64,000 nt of DNA from Paramecium tetraurelia. Its lineage: Eukaryota. Made by a program: the position numbers and the translations under genes. The notes under the pieces are model-generated. The model ran no database searches. It saw only the letters and a list, made by a program, of their open reading frames with translations, and had not been told where the DNA came from. The DNA lies in contig CT868518.1 in NCBI GenBank assembly GCA_000165425.1, positions 374,900 to 438,899 of the forward strand, written 5' to 3'. Positions 1-18,751 of the stretch are shown in pieces (position 1 is the first letter of the stretch; each line of letters begins with the position of its first letter).

Positions 1-696
1 GATGCTGCTGAATTTGGAGTTCATTTGTTTGAAGATATGGAAAATAATTTTGATCCAACAGAATATGTAAAGATCGATTTAATTAGTTTTTAGTCATAGA
101 TAAAGGAGATCTTTTATGGTGTGTCAAAATCTGTATTCCAATGTAAGAATTGTGAGAAGCAAACCAAAGGTCCCAATGAAGAATTTATGTACATCACTTT
201 GAACTTTGAAAACGATAGAAATGTGTAGGAGGATATAGAAAAAATGATCTGGAGGCATTAAGTGAATGAATAGATTACATTTAAATGTGATTAATGCAAA
301 AATACTAGTTAGAGTACAAGGACTCTAGAATTTTCAAAATTGCCTAAGAATTTAATCATTTTAATTAATAGATTTGAATTTGAATAAGGAAATCGATATA
401 AGATAAACGATTCAATCAACATTAAACCTATTATATAGATAAAAGAGAATCAAAAGTCTTTAAATTATGAATTATATTCGATTATTATCCATTTTGGACA
501 AACCCCAGATATGGGACATTATACTGTTTATTGTAAGGTGAAAGAAGATTGGCATAGATTTGATGATAGTATCGTAAGTAAAATTGATAGAGATTTTACT
601 AAAGTTCAAAGGAATTTCAAGTAAAAATATAATTAATATCCATTTAGAAAAGAAGAAACTCCGTATTTGTTATTCTATCGAAGAAAAAACGGATGA
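1..696 (+). CDS. Ubiquitin-specific protease (peptidase C19), 3' part, 5'-truncated by window
   Basis: Code-6 translation: DAAEF.., LPKNLIILINRF, His box YELYSIIIHFGQTPDMGHY, WHRFDD, PYLLFY. 27-nt intron 621-647; TGA 694-696. Confidence 0.9.
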
Positions 697-855
697 AATG
701 ATTTATAAACTTTTTATTTTCAAATGAGTTCTACACTTTTTCATCTATTATGTTTTTGTTTATCTTAATGTCATTTTTATATACTTCATTCAATTAAATT
801 TGAGTTTTAGAGGAGTGAAGGAAGAATTGATATTGATTTTAGTAATAAAAAATAT

Positions 856-2508
856 TCAAAGCTGGGATTCAAGCTTGAGACCTTTCATTAAAATAGTCAT
901 TTGATCTTATTTTAAGGCTGAGTTTTCAAGCTCAGCTTTGGATTATTCAGGATTATATTCAACTATAAAATTGTCCATTAACTATATAAACTCTATATTT
1001 TACGTATTTATCATAGAATTCTCCATACCAAATTGTTCTTAGATCACCTTATCTGATTGCCCAAAGACATGTAAACAATATGATCAAGGGGTACACAAAT
1101 ATTGATTGAGGAAGTTAGATTTAACTATTTTAAGTGGTTAATGTTCCTACTAGCCAACACATTATTCCCAAAAAGAGGCCAAGCAATCCAATTATAAAGT
1201 ATACTCTAGAATTCCTGTTTCTATCAAATCTATACAAATAAGATATGGATATCCCTGGGACCACTAGATCCATCAATGATAGCCAAACACAGACTTTATT
1301 TAAATTGTATCTAAATTATGGAATCTGAAAAAGCACTGGATAATTAGAGTACTATGTCAATAATAAACTATTATTACTTGCAAGACTATAATTTCATAAT
1401 TGACATGGAATAGTTTAGTCAAAAACACGAAATAATAGATGCAATCAAATAATATGATGCCAACATACAAATAAGCGACTCCTCTTAAATTGATGACCTT
1501 AAATAATCTAAACAGGGATCCAGATATGCAAAATGTAATTATATTTGATATGTACCAAGCTTGATTCAGTATCAAATAAAGGACTACAAAAAAAAAGGAT
1601 AAAAACGCCGAGATGCAATCGCATCTCCTTATTGATTTAAACACTTCAGCTTACAATTTTAAATTTACTGATAAAAAGCATTGGAGTTCATTAAATAGAA
1701 ACCAACAACAAAATAAAGCAAATATTAAACACATTATCAGCACTGTTTCATACCAAGCATTTATATAATGGACAACAACATAAAACATTACGGATGCCAC
1801 AATATAAAAAAGGTACAATATCAAATTCACTATGAACCCCTAGAAGTAGAGCACTTGGCCTTCCAATTAGAAAGCCTATATTGCAATTAATCTATTTAAA
1901 AAAGGATGTTTCTATAGATCCATTTCTATTTTTAACGATCTAATTTTGGCCATCTTTGTTAAGAACCAGACGCAAATACATCCAAAAACAATAATTATTG
2001 CCATTGATCCATCAAAATTGATTTTTATTTATGATGGATCATTAAATGTTTAGTACTAACAAATAAACCAATATTAAAACATTAGAGTCTCTTATTAACC
2101 AGACTGAGGAAGAATTATTTCTATTTAAAATTGCATCATTCCTGAATTTATTGTATTAGTGCCCTACTTCACATCTGCACATGTATTATTTATAACAATA
2201 TTTGTCTCATTTATGATTTGGAGATTTGCAGATTACTTGAATCCTAGGGCTGCAACTGAAGACTAATTGTTATAAATATTATAGCCATTCAGGATGATTT
2301 CTAAGGAATTTTCATATTTCGAATCTTAGGTGGCATTAATCATTTATAAACGAGGTGGTGTGCAACATGAAGTATGTGACCAATGAAATGAATCATTGTA
2401 TGACGATTCTGAGCTATATATCACCCAAGAGTTTTAAAAAGAGTCAACAAGAGTAATACTTTATGAAAAGCAGCATTCCACATAAAATAATAAAATACTT
2501 ATAAACAT
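856..2508 (-). CDS. Hypothetical multi-pass membrane protein with N-terminal signal peptide
   Basis: Starts MFISILLFYVECCFSQ; several hydrophobic segments in the C-terminal half; ends GLKLESQL-TGA. Internal exon structure not fully resolved. Confidence 0.55.
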
Positions 2509-2848
2509 ATTAATAATACAATAATCTCACTACTATTGTGTTTAGTATTCATATATATAAATTAATAGAAAATTGAGGAAAATTAGATGGGATCTTTTAA
2601 TTTCAAGCATAAATAACTATTTGGTATACCAATTTGATTATTTTATTGAATGAAATAATGTACTTCATAATAAGGATTTAGGAATTTTATTTTGGAAGCA
2701 TACATGATAATTGAAGTACAAAGTACAGTGAAATAAATTTCTGGTGATCAGATATCTGACTCATCTTAATATATACTAATCAATTTTTATTATTCATTCA
2801 TTTTTTTTAGTTTTATTAATAAATCATATAATCGTTATACTATTTTGA

Positions 2849-4778
2849 ATGCTTAATACTTCAATTAATTTTTTTGAGGAGAATGACATAATCAAATTAA
2901 GGAAATATGTATGGAAATGTCATTTATGAAGCTCATTGCAAAAGAGAATGAATGGAAGAAGGACAAGGCTGTTTTGGAATAAAAAATATAATTACTTGAA
3001 CTTTAATTAGAAGACTATAAATCAAGAGAGTCTAATTATAAAAAATTGAACGAGACTATATCGCAAGCCATAAACGATACTTCTGCGATGCAAAAAGTAT
3101 TTATTTCTTCGAAATTGCCATAGAGATCCGTATCGGAATTATAAAAAAATGTCGATATTTAACAGAAAGATCATAATAAGGCAATTTACAAAGAGCAGAT
3201 TAAGTCTCTTGAACTTTAAGTAATTGATTGATACAAATAGAATAGGTTAGGTCATTAACAGAACAATTGTAGGAAAAAGATTCGTAAGGAAAAGAGATGG
3301 AATTATAATTCTAGAAGCAATATTACCAATACGATCATAGAATTGTTTCATTGGAACAAGAAAAGCTCTCAAGTAACCAAGAAAATGCGAAGCTCAAGGA
3401 ACAAATACTCAAGCTTGAGGAGAGCTTCAAATAAAGAGAGCAGCAATTGAAAAATCAGTTCGAATAAGAATTATAAAGAATCAAGGATCTCAATATGTAG
3501 GATAACGATCTAAAACAAACAGACTACGAATCAAAATATTCTTAACTGTCTTTGCTATATGAGAAAGAAAAGGAGCAATTACAACTAAGGATTAGCAAAT
3601 GTTAGAACACGATCAAAAGATACTAACAACACATAGAATAAAATGTCGATATAGTTAATATCAAATAGCAGTATGAGGATTAAATTCAGTAGCTTAAGGA
3701 ACAGAACTCCCTATTATAGACTTAATTCCAATATGAAAGATAAATCCTATTGTAATAAATAGATGAACTCAAAAAATAATAAAGAGAACACATTATGAAG
3801 GAAAGTATCAATTATCATGAGTCGACTTCTAAAAAGAGGAGTGTGGACGCAGTCAAGATTAAAAGTTCCTTGTAATCTTATGACAGTCCAGTTTAATGTA
3901 AGAGTTTTCATATTGCCAGTCAAGATTCAAAAGGAATCAGCTATAATTAATACCTAAAGAACTCATCGAATTAATCACTTAATTTCACTTAGAAATAACT
4001 CTAATAGTCTTAATAATAAAATAATTAATCATTTGAAAAATCATGTAAATTTAACGATGGATTACCCATGTCAATCGATTAGTTTAACTTAATGAAGAAT
4101 AAGAAACAAAAATCATAATCAACTCTATCAATCCCAACTAGTAATAATTATAATTTGAATTCACTCCTATAAGAAGCTAGCTTATTTTAATAAAATCAGG
4201 AGTCCTTTCAATTAGATTCCAACAATACTCAAAAAGAGGATCCATCTAAATAAAGAATATTGAAGCAACTGAATCCAAACATTGCAACCAGATAATTAGA
4301 TTATAATCGATCAGTAAAACATGATTAGTGCAGATAACCAGAGTAACCATACTAAAGATCAGTCTCACAGGAGGGCTTAAAAAGTTCAGTTACAAATCTA
4401 AGTAAGATGCTTGGATAAACTGAAATTAGCTCCCAATAGTCCAACTCAACATATTAATAAACAAACAATACTTCGTTAAATTGTTTAAAAGTGCCTGCGT
4501 TCACTTAAAATTAATTGAATAGTTTAAAGAATAGTACATTGTATGTGTATCCTTGCGCAACTTTAAGGATGAATGAGAACCATGTTTAAAAGGCGAGATA
4601 TAACAACAATCATAGTACTCACGAGGAAGTTAAATAAAATAAGGAAAATCAGTTGCCTAGTAAAAAGCAATCCAGAAGCGATATTAAAATGATTATTGGC
4701 AAGCTATTATAAACAAAAGGAAAACAAAATGAAGACATGGACAAAACGTCATAATTTTCCAAAGTTAATAGAATTTGA
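2849..4778 (+). CDS. Hypothetical coiled-coil protein
   Basis: MLNTSINFFEENDIIKLRKY/23-nt intron/LIAKENEWKKDKAVLEQKIQLLELQLEDY; long E/K/Q heptad region then S/Q-rich tail; TGA 4776-4778. Confidence 0.75.
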
Positions 4779-4998
4779 ATAATTTTTTTTTTCATTATTA
4801 AAACATAAATTCTAAAAATATTTAAAAAGTCGGACTCATAATTTTATTAAAATTACTTTATGTTAAATATCCATCTCTTATCATAAACTCTTATAATTGT
4901 AATATAAAGTTTTTAATGTAAAAAAATTGCAAATCTTTAATAAAAACTTAACTAATTCATTTTGATTATAATTTGTAATATATAATAACAGTTCAAGT

Positions 4999-6559
4999 TC
5001 AAATGTTTTTCTCAGTAACTATCCAATCTCTATAGTGGTTTATTCGACTTACTAGATTCTGGCTATAGACTCCCATAATATCTTGGATGTTCTTAAAAAT
5101 TTAGAGCAAAATGATACTTAAATGTAGGAATCAAAAATTTCGTTAGTAATTTTAAATCTCTTGTGGATTAATTGAATTTCTTTTTTTCTAAAGTGAGTTC
5201 TGTTTTATGATATGAAGTCGATCTCAATTTTGGTGAGTTTTTTCCAATCTATGGAGTGTTCCTTGATTTAAATTAGATAGGGATACTTTGTAAATGGTAG
5301 CATAAAAAGGCACTTAGTTCAATTTCTTGGCTAATTTGTCGAGTAAGCGAGATGGGATAGTGTAATTCTAACTAAGACAAGATCTCAGATCTTAAGTAAA
5401 ATCTTGCATTATTAGATGGTTGGGTTTGAGGGATTGAAGAGTTGAGATGATTGCTTGGCAAACGTTTTGATTAATGTTGAGCATAAGCAAATCATCCTTT
5501 TTAATAGCTCTTGAATGATTGTTTGTGATATATTCTAGAAGCAACATGATTTATTTTTTTTGTTGTTCTTAATTTTTGGCATCTACTACCATGAGTGGCA
5601 ATATCTCAGCTAGAATATGAATGAATTAGTATACAATTTTCGATTAAGTAATTTTTGATTGGTTTTGCTCTCAGAATTGATGATTTATAAGAGTCGATGA
5701 TTTTTAATATTTTACGAATGGCTCTTTCATTGATTGAGAATTGTATGAGAATTCTGTAGAAAAGGATTTTAAATTGAGTGAAATGCACATGATTTAGTTT
5801 ATGGAGTTCAGAAAATTGGTGGAGTTGGATCTTTAGCTCAGTGCTATTCCCTTGTGATTGTATGAGATTGGTGATTAACTGAATTGCGAATTGTTTGAAA
5901 TCCCTTTCTGGATAAGGAACCAGGAAGGGTTATAGAGTAATGTCTTTGAGGAGTTGTTGGTACAATAGGTCGACAATTTGACTGATAGTTGAGTAGCCTC
6001 TCAATTCTTGATAGAGAGAGGGGGGATTCAAGAGTGGTTGTCTAAATTGCTCTAGTTTGTGAATGATTTTGAGTAGGTTGGGTTCCATGAGGAAGGTGAG
6101 TATGAAGTTGTGTTTAAATCTAGTGAATTCTTATTTGGTGTGTATTGGAAGTGTGTATTTTTCTACTTGCAGATGGTTAGATTGTTTGAGTAATTCAAGT
6201 AGCAATTCATAGAGTTGGTCTGAGGCCTCGTGTTCAAATTTGACTTTGAGAGAATCCCACAAAATCTGAGTCTTATCAGTGATGCAATATGCAGAAGTGC
6301 GACGATTGACAGATTGCAAACTTTAGCGAGGGATCTTTTTGGGATGTTGGTTGTTGATGATGTCTGTTAGTTTGGCAACAACTGAGTGATGCTGAAGTTT
6401 GCGTTACTTGATCTCGTTGGTTTTGAGATAGGATCTGGCTGGAGAGTTGAATTGAAAGTTGGGAGTAAAGGAGGATTAGTTTATGAGTTGGGACATGTTT
6501 GGGAGTCTGACGGAATAGGCACTTGAACTACGGGCTTGGCTGGGGGAAGTGTATAGCAT
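4999..6559 (-). CDS. Hypothetical protein
   Basis: Long code-6 frame from MLYTSPSQARSSSAYSVRLP; includes track ORFs 6131-6319 and 5606-5788. The 3' end depends on one 26-nt intron. Confidence 0.65.
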
Positions 6560-6672
6560 ATTAATAATATTGACATAATCACACAGAAGATTTTATAATA
6601 GTTACTTAATTTGTAATTCATCAGTATTATAAGTGAGTGAATGCCGAATTAATATATTTATTTATAATTAGA

Positions 6673-9971
<3,299 letters not shown>

Positions 9972-9993
9972 AATATAATATATATATAAATTA

Positions 9994-11270
<1,277 letters not shown>

Positions 11271-11337
11271 ATTATTAATTAATATTTAAATACTTTTTTC
11301 CTGTTAAAATTTGTATATTTGTATTATAAATTTAAAA

Positions 11338-13324
11338 ATGCCAAGTAGGAGGCGAACCAAAAAGAAGAACAAAAGAACCAACAAATGTACTGATTATTAT
11401 TGCGATTCAAGAATAAAAGTCAATATAAGTCGAAAAACAAAAACCTGCCAAAATTGATTATTAGCCTAAACCGGCGACAAGAGCCCAGAGCAAGACCAAA
11501 GAACAAAAGGAAAATCAAAATGTATAGGAATCCGTCAAACAAACTAAGGGCCACATTGATAAACCTCATAACAAAGAATAACATCCTAATTCGTAAAATG
11601 AAAAAGGGATTCCCGCTTCTTCAACATTGACTCATTAACAAGGTATATTAACACATTGTGATTGATGAAGAGTGTTCCGATCAAATTTCTTAGATTTCAC
11701 AGTTATTTACTCTCTAAAAAAGTGAAGCTCCAAATAAAAATTCCCGATAATTAAGTAAACCCAAGATATTGAGTATTCGGGCTGCTAAATTAACCATTCC
11801 CGCAGAAACTAAGGAAATTCAAATGGATGTCGAACAAGAGGAATGCGAGTTCATTAATCAGGCCATGATACAAACCAGATGTAACCTCTTGGGAATGCCC
11901 AAACAGAGTAAATCTAAGAAAGACCATTCTCTGACAACAGAAAATAACTTCGCATTTGACCCATCTGAACAATCAGCCAACATCCAAGCCCCTCGTCCTC
12001 ACAAAACTAAAGAACAATTAGCTCTCATGGAGGAATGCTTTACATCCTTACTTGAAAGCACAATTCCAGATGAAATTCTTTGTAGGGATCAAGAAAAGAT
12101 ACTAATCACAAGATTCATTGAGGATGGCATCAAAAATAATGGATAAAAATAAGCATTATGTAAATTTAAACCATTGATTTAATAGATATATCGGGAGTTC
12201 CTGGAATAGGCAAAACAGCCACAGTCTTGGAGGTCAAAAATAAATTGCTCTCCAAAAAACTCAACTTTGAGTTCATCTATTTCAACGCCATGAATGTAGG
12301 AGCTCCCGAAGACATTTATCCCTTTCTCTATGAAAAATTCACCAACAAAAGAGAAACCTCCAGAATCAAATCTTGCATCCTTCTAAGTTCTTGATTTTCT
12401 TTATTTTAAGCCGAACTCTTCAATGGTGAATCAGAAACCATCAAACAAAACAAAGTAGTATTACTAGATGAATGCGACCATCTCTACACAACAGACCAAC
12501 AAGTTCTATACAATTTGGTTGATTGGCCTCAACAACCTTCAGCCCATCTGATCATAATCATGATTGCTAACACTATGGATTTTCCTGAAAGGCTCAAGCC
12601 TAAATTATAATCCAGATTAGGAAATCATCGCATAGTCTTTAAACCCTACAACAGCACCCAGATAGAGAGTATATTATAACAGAGGATGAAAACCAAGAAA
12701 ATTAAATAATTATTTGCCTCCAACACCTTAAACTATTTGGGCAAAAAGATTGCTACCATTTCGACTGATATTCGAAAGACTTTAAGTGTCTGTAGAACTG
12801 CTATCGTTTTGGCTAAGGAATAGCTCTTAAAGAAAGGCGTGTTTTCTCAAATCGAAGTCGATCACATAAAACTAGCCTATGATATTATCTACAATAAACC
12901 CTAACATAATTCTTTGTAACACTTTAATGACGAGTTGAAATTGCTTTTGATCATGATCGCCCTTGAAACTCACATTAAAGGTTACAATTACGCCTATTTT
13001 CATCAAGTCATCCAAAGAGTGAACCAATAAAAACAATTGCAGAAAAAAGATACTCTTAGTAACTTTTAAATGAAATAAGTCTTAATAAAGTTATCTCAGT
13101 TGAACTTAGTTGAAATTAAAGACGAATAAGTATTATTGACAAAAAGTAGCTGGCAACAAAAATTGCAAGTAAATATTCACTGCTATTTTATTTAGAATAG
13201 TTTGGATAAGGATCGATTATTTAATTTGGAGGATGTTTTGATTCAACTTAAAATAAACATCGATGACATTAAGAATGGACTTTCAAATGATGATCTTTTT
13301 AAAGAATTTTCAAATTTATTTTGA
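11338..13324 (+). CDS. ORC1: Origin recognition complex subunit 1 / Cdc6 family AAA+ ATPase
   Basis: EILCRDQE, Walker A ISGVPGIGKTATV, Walker B LLDECD, QQVLYNLVDWP, IANTMDFPERL..SRLG, DIRKTLSVCR. Confidence 0.88.
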
Positions 13325-13636
13325 TTTTAAAACTCAAAACTTAAAATAATTTATAAAACATCCTCATTTCTTTTTTTAACCTATAGAAATAATCCTTCTT
13401 GTAAACTGCTTAAGGGTTCTAACATTCAAGCCACCAAGATATACTCAATAAGATTACCAGTTTAAAAATGGATTCTCCTTCATTGTGGTTAATGTCGAAA
13501 TCACAGATAGAATTGGGTTATAAATTTATTAATGAAATTTCTATAATTAAGTATGTTTCCTTTGATGTTTCAATTAGATTTATTACATAATCGTCACTAG
13601 AGTTTAATTTAATAAAGTATTTTTTGATATTTTATA

Positions 13637-13909
13637 ATGGGGTGTCATGTAACTAAAAATCCCAACTCTGACTAAAAATTCAGGGAATAAGTAATTACCG
13701 ATGAAATGTTACAAGGTATTATACTTCCTATTCTGAGTTTAGAGTGCAAAGTGGATGAAGATGTGAAATCCAGAATAAGCGTTTACAATCAAGCTCTTGA
13801 GAAAATGCAGAAGATTCCAAAACTAAGGAATGCAAGTATTTTAAGATTTATTGTAGTATTCAATCCAATAGTTTAGAGAAGAAAAATGCAGAAATTCGAT
13901 GAAGATTGA
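13637..13909 (+). CDS. Small hypothetical protein with N-terminal MGC lipidation motif
   Basis: MGCHVTKNPNSDQKFREQVITDEMLQ/intron/ECKVDEDVKSRISVYNQALEKMQKIPKL..FNPIVQRRKMQKFDED-TGA. Confidence 0.65.
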
Positions 13910-13949
13910 TTTACTATATCTATAAAAATATATAATTAAATATATAAAT

Positions 13950-15129
13950 ATGCAAGAATTAAAGTTGATAGGAAAGGAATGTCCAATTGCCAGAGGAGGA
14001 TGCAACTTTTTACAATACGATAAAGGCAAGTACTTGGTGATAGGAGGAGTCAATCGATCAGAAAATGGATTGCAAGAGTTTAATGATTTTTGGACATTGC
14101 ATTTGCCTCTCAAGGACGGCAATTTGGCAGGAATTTGGAAAGAATTGACTCTAGAAAATCAATAGCTCTACACATCACGTTCAAGTTAAGCAGCATGTAT
14201 AAGCGATGACAAGATGATTTACATTTTCGGGGGTTAGAAATTCTTGGAATCTCAATCAACTGACGAATTCTACAGGATCGATACAGCGTAGAAGGTGTTA
14301 ACCATAGTAAAATCTAAGAATAAGCCAAAAGCTAGAAATTCTCACACATTAACCTACTTTAATGAAAGATTGTTTTTATTTGGCGGTGCTAATGAAAATG
14401 GCCCATTGAATGACTTACACATCTATGATATCAGTATAAAATGAACCCCTATTTATAGAAAGTGAAGTATGGTAGCAGATCAAGGATGTTTCAGAATTGA
14501 TAATGGCTAGGGAGATGCATACTGCTCACATTTTATAGATGAACTTAAAGCCATTGAAAAAGAGTGAAGATAATAAGGCTTAAAAGTTGATTGGAATATT
14601 TAATGAATTATAAGGAGAATAAAAGGAGTAAATTTAACAAATAGCAGTTAAAGAGTAAATAATTGAGTAAGCTAATAATGAAATTTAATAATAATAATAA
14701 AAAGAATAAGAATAATAGTAATAGTAAGATCAATAATAATAATAGTAATAATAATAAATAAAAGATAATTAATAAGATTATCTAATTATCTTGGGTGGTA
14801 GAAATAAAAATGATCTTTTACAGGATATTCAAGTCATTAATTTATCCACCTTCGAAGTAGATTAGATTGAAAACCTTCCAACTCCATTATGTGCTCATAC
14901 TTCTGTGAAAGTCAAATAGGATATCTGGATTTTTGGAGGTTGTGATGGTGCTTCTTTAAATTCAAATATCTATTAGTTACAGGATTAAACAATCAAGAAG
15001 GTTGGTACTATATAGACAGCCATAATGGCTAGTAGTGCATTGTATTCAGAAGAGTTAAATAAGATTATTATATTTGGAGGGTGCACTTTAGATAGAGATT
15101 TAAATTAGACATTTGTTGTACAAATTTGA
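13950..15129 (+). CDS. Kelch-repeat beta-propeller protein with poly-Gln insert
   Basis: Repeated PxAR..H / (I/L)FGG motifs: PIARGG..YLVIGG, IYIFGG, PKARNSHT..LFLFGG, AREMHTA, IWIFGG, IIIFGG. Confidence 0.85.
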
Positions 15130-15157
15130 GTTTAATATAATATTTATATATAATTAA

Positions 15158-16224
15158 ATGTAAAAGAATTCGAAGCCTGAATTTCTTCAGATCCCCTCTT
15201 AAACTAAGAGTGTGAATAAGATAAACATGATTGAAGTGAAAAACGAAGGAATGATAGTATCAAGATTAATATCCTAAGCATGATGTCTGCTATGATTTTT
15301 TTGGAACAAAGATTGCGTTAGGATCATCAGATGGACATATAGAGATTTAAGAAATTAATGTCAATTCGTTTAAATCAGAGTAACAGAAAGACATATTGTC
15401 ATATAAAATTCCTGACTTGTAATCAATGCAATATTGAGATAGCTAACATAAGGGACCAGTTTGGTAATTGAGTTGGTCTAATCCAAAATATGGGAATATT
15501 TTAGCCTCCTGCTCTTTCGATAAAACTATTTGTCTCTTCAAGGAATAAAAATTTGGCAAATATTCTTTGTTGCTTTAATTGTCAGAACACAAGGAATCAG
15601 TTCAATCCATCTAATGGTCTTATCGAAAATTGATATTGGCAGCTGGAGTAGCAGATGGGAGTGTACATATCTATTACAGAAAGAAGAATGGATAAATAAA
15701 AAATTAATAGGATTGGGAACATAAATCTGTAAGCATCAATTTAACATTAAGGAAAGTTAGCATATGTCTTGCGTAAATCAAGTGAGTTGGGTTAGAGATA
15801 AAGAATTGGATTTTGCAACTTGCAGTACTGACAAGTCAATAAGGATATGGAAGGTAACAACTCCAATAGATGGAGAATATAAATTGTCTTAGATCTAGCA
15901 TATCCCATGTGACAGTTGGGTTAGATCTATTGATTGGGCAGCTGAGTAATTTAATTAAAATTAAATATTGGCTGCGGGATTGGAAGTATAAATGAAATTT
16001 ATAAGTCATCTTAAGTTGAGATCTACTATTTGAAATGGGATTAAAACAATGACAAAAAAGTAAGCATAAGCAAAGAAATTTCATTGCAAACTAAGGGACC
16101 TTGTTGGAAAGTGTAATGGTCTCCATTGGGAAATCAATTGGCGATTTCAACGTTGGATGATAAGAATGATCCTTTTGTTTAAGTGTATAGATAATTGCAA
16201 AATGGTGAGTTTGCAGAAATCTGA
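15158..16224 (+). CDS. SEC13: Sec13-like WD40 protein (COPII / nuclear pore)
   Basis: HDVCYDFFGTKIALGSSDG and [26 protein letters not shown] closely match Sec13 blades; C-terminal CWKVQWSPLGNQLAIS. Confidence 0.75.
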
Positions 16225-16238
16225 AAAATATATATAAA

Positions 16239-16739
16239 TCATAAATTTTCTTCTTCTTATTTTAGACTTTACTAAGCAATGGTCTCGTTACTGTTTTGCT
16301 GTTAAACTTCTGATGGTGGTGCTGGTTGTTTTTGAGATCCTGTGATGTTATCCTTGATCTTAGAGAGAGTTTTGCCGACGAACTTCGCTCCTTTTGCAGT
16401 GAGGGACTAATCTTTATTTAATTCTGAATTGTCGTAACTCAACCCATCGAATTCTTCTAGGGATGTTGTTATATTCTTAGCAAGTGAGATGCTCTCATTG
16501 TTTCTATATTATGCTAATGATCTAACAAGTGGTTATATTAAACAATACTTTTTAAGAGAGTTTGAAAAAACGTATATTTGCTTGCTTATCATTTTGGCAG
16601 GATTCAAAGCTTAGGTGGTGTTTTAAAACAGGAGTTAATTTATTGAAACTACTTTTGGTTGCTATTTTAAGTCAACATTGGATTATTGGGGAGGGAACTC
16701 TTATTAAATCAAAGGAGTATTTTCTGATTCGTGATTCAT
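16239..16739 (-). CDS. Hypothetical small protein
   Basis: Starts MNHESENTPL; one ~27-nt intron; ends KGAKFVGKTLSKIKDNITG..KQEEENL-TGA. Confidence 0.5.
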
Positions 16740-16935
16740 TTTAGTTTAATTATATTATTAATATTACTTTATAGAATTAATTTAAACTTAAGAATATAAG
16801 GTTTATAGTTTAAATATGATAGATTACAAATATCTTACTATTATGAGTAGAATAATATAAAAGCACACACACATGAAATCGATGTACAAATAATTCATTA
16901 AATAAGATATTTTTTATTGAAATTAAAATATTTAA

Positions 16936-18404
16936 ATGAGTTCAAATGATAAATATGATAGATAGGTCAGGATTTGGGGACCACATGGGCAGACCAAACT
17001 CTAAAATGCAAGAGTGTTGTTGTTGGGGTAATTTTTGGAATAATCAAATATAGATGTGATCCTGTGGGAGTTGAAACTCTAAAAAATCTAGTGTTGCCTG
17101 GTATTGGTTATGTTGTGATTGTTGATAGTAAGGTGGTCACAGAGAGTGATATTGAGAACAATTTTTTCATTCCTCATGATACAATAGGGTAGAGCAGAGC
17201 AAAAGTTGTGCTTGAATATTTATTGGAAATGAACCAAGACGTGAAAGGAGAGTGGCATCAAGTGGAGAATTTTGATGTGAAAGAGCAACACTATGATTTA
17301 ATAATTGCAAATGAATAACGATTCTCAGAGACCAAATTCAACTTGATTGAACTCCAAACTTATGGATTAGTTGGTAGGATGAGATTGTACTCTCCAAAAT
17401 GCCACATTATTGAAACCAAACCTATGAATCAAAAATACGATTTGCGCATTTTCAATCCATTTTAAGAATTAAAAGAATACTTTGATTCAATAGAATTTGA
17501 AGGGGATGTAGACTATCTTTCACACATCCCTTACATTGTCATTTTGTATAAGGCTCTATAAAAATATCATAAAGAAAAGGGAAAGTATCCATCTACCTTT
17601 TCAGAAAAACACAAAGATTTTAAATAAGTTATTTTAAGTCTTTGTGAAGGTCTAGAGTACTAATACACAGGGAATTTCTATGAGGCAATCGATAACATCG
17701 ATTAAGCATTTAACAGTGAAAATTGGAAAAATTCTCTTGAATCAATAGAGATAGAACAGGATGTTAACGAAGATCAGTATTTCGTATTGATCTCGGCACT
17801 TAGATAATTTGTGCAAATACATGGAGCCCCTCCTTTGGGTAAAGCTTTCCCTGATATGAAATGCTTTACATAGACATATGTGCATTTAAAAAATACTCTT
17901 TATGGTACAAAAGTCGAGAAAGACTTTTAAGCTTTCTAAGCTCTATGCTAGAATAAAGTAGATGATGAAACCATAAGACTATTTATAGAGAATATATAGG
18001 ACTTAAAATCTATCACTTACCGCACAATCTAACAAGAATTGCAATAGCCAAACGAAGTTGAAGACTATGACAATGATTGCTATATCTGGTACATCTTACT
18101 GAGATCAGTTAATGAATTCTACAATACTAACAATAGATGGCCCACTTAAGAGAAGGGGGATACCTAGTAATTATAGGAGATAGTTGATAAACAATGTAGA
18201 CTAGTCAATGTGGATAGTATACCTGAAACTCATGTTATTGAAATATGTAGGTATGAGGGAGCAAAGTTGCACATGATCGCCTCAGTTTTGGGTGGAATGG
18301 CATCTCAAGAAGCAGTCAAATTAATTACCAATCAGTTTGTTCCCATCAATAACACATTAATTTATAATGGGCTTAAAAGTGAGGCATCCATATTTGAGTT
18401 CTGA
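16936..18404 (+). CDS. NAE1: NEDD8-activating enzyme E1 regulatory subunit (APPBP1/ULA1)
   Basis: [89 protein letters not shown]. Confidence 0.92.
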
Positions 18405-18751
18405 TTCTGCATAACACATTATATGTGATCATTAATAATAACAATATGCATTAAAGAGATCTTTAATTTCTAAATTCTTACTTTATTATTTTAAATATAA
18501 TTTTATATATATCAACATGCAATTATTAATCCTAAATAATAAAAAGGTCAACAAAGAAAAGAGTGAGAATAAATAATTAAACATTTTATAATCATGTATT
18601 ATTATATTATATATTTGATTATATAATATTAGAAATTTGACTATCAAATAATTAATGTTGAGATATAACAAATAAACAGAAATATAGTTTGTTAACAAAT
18701 CAATTTTATTCTATTTTTTTTGATTTATTTCTTTGTCTTTCAGTTTAGGGT

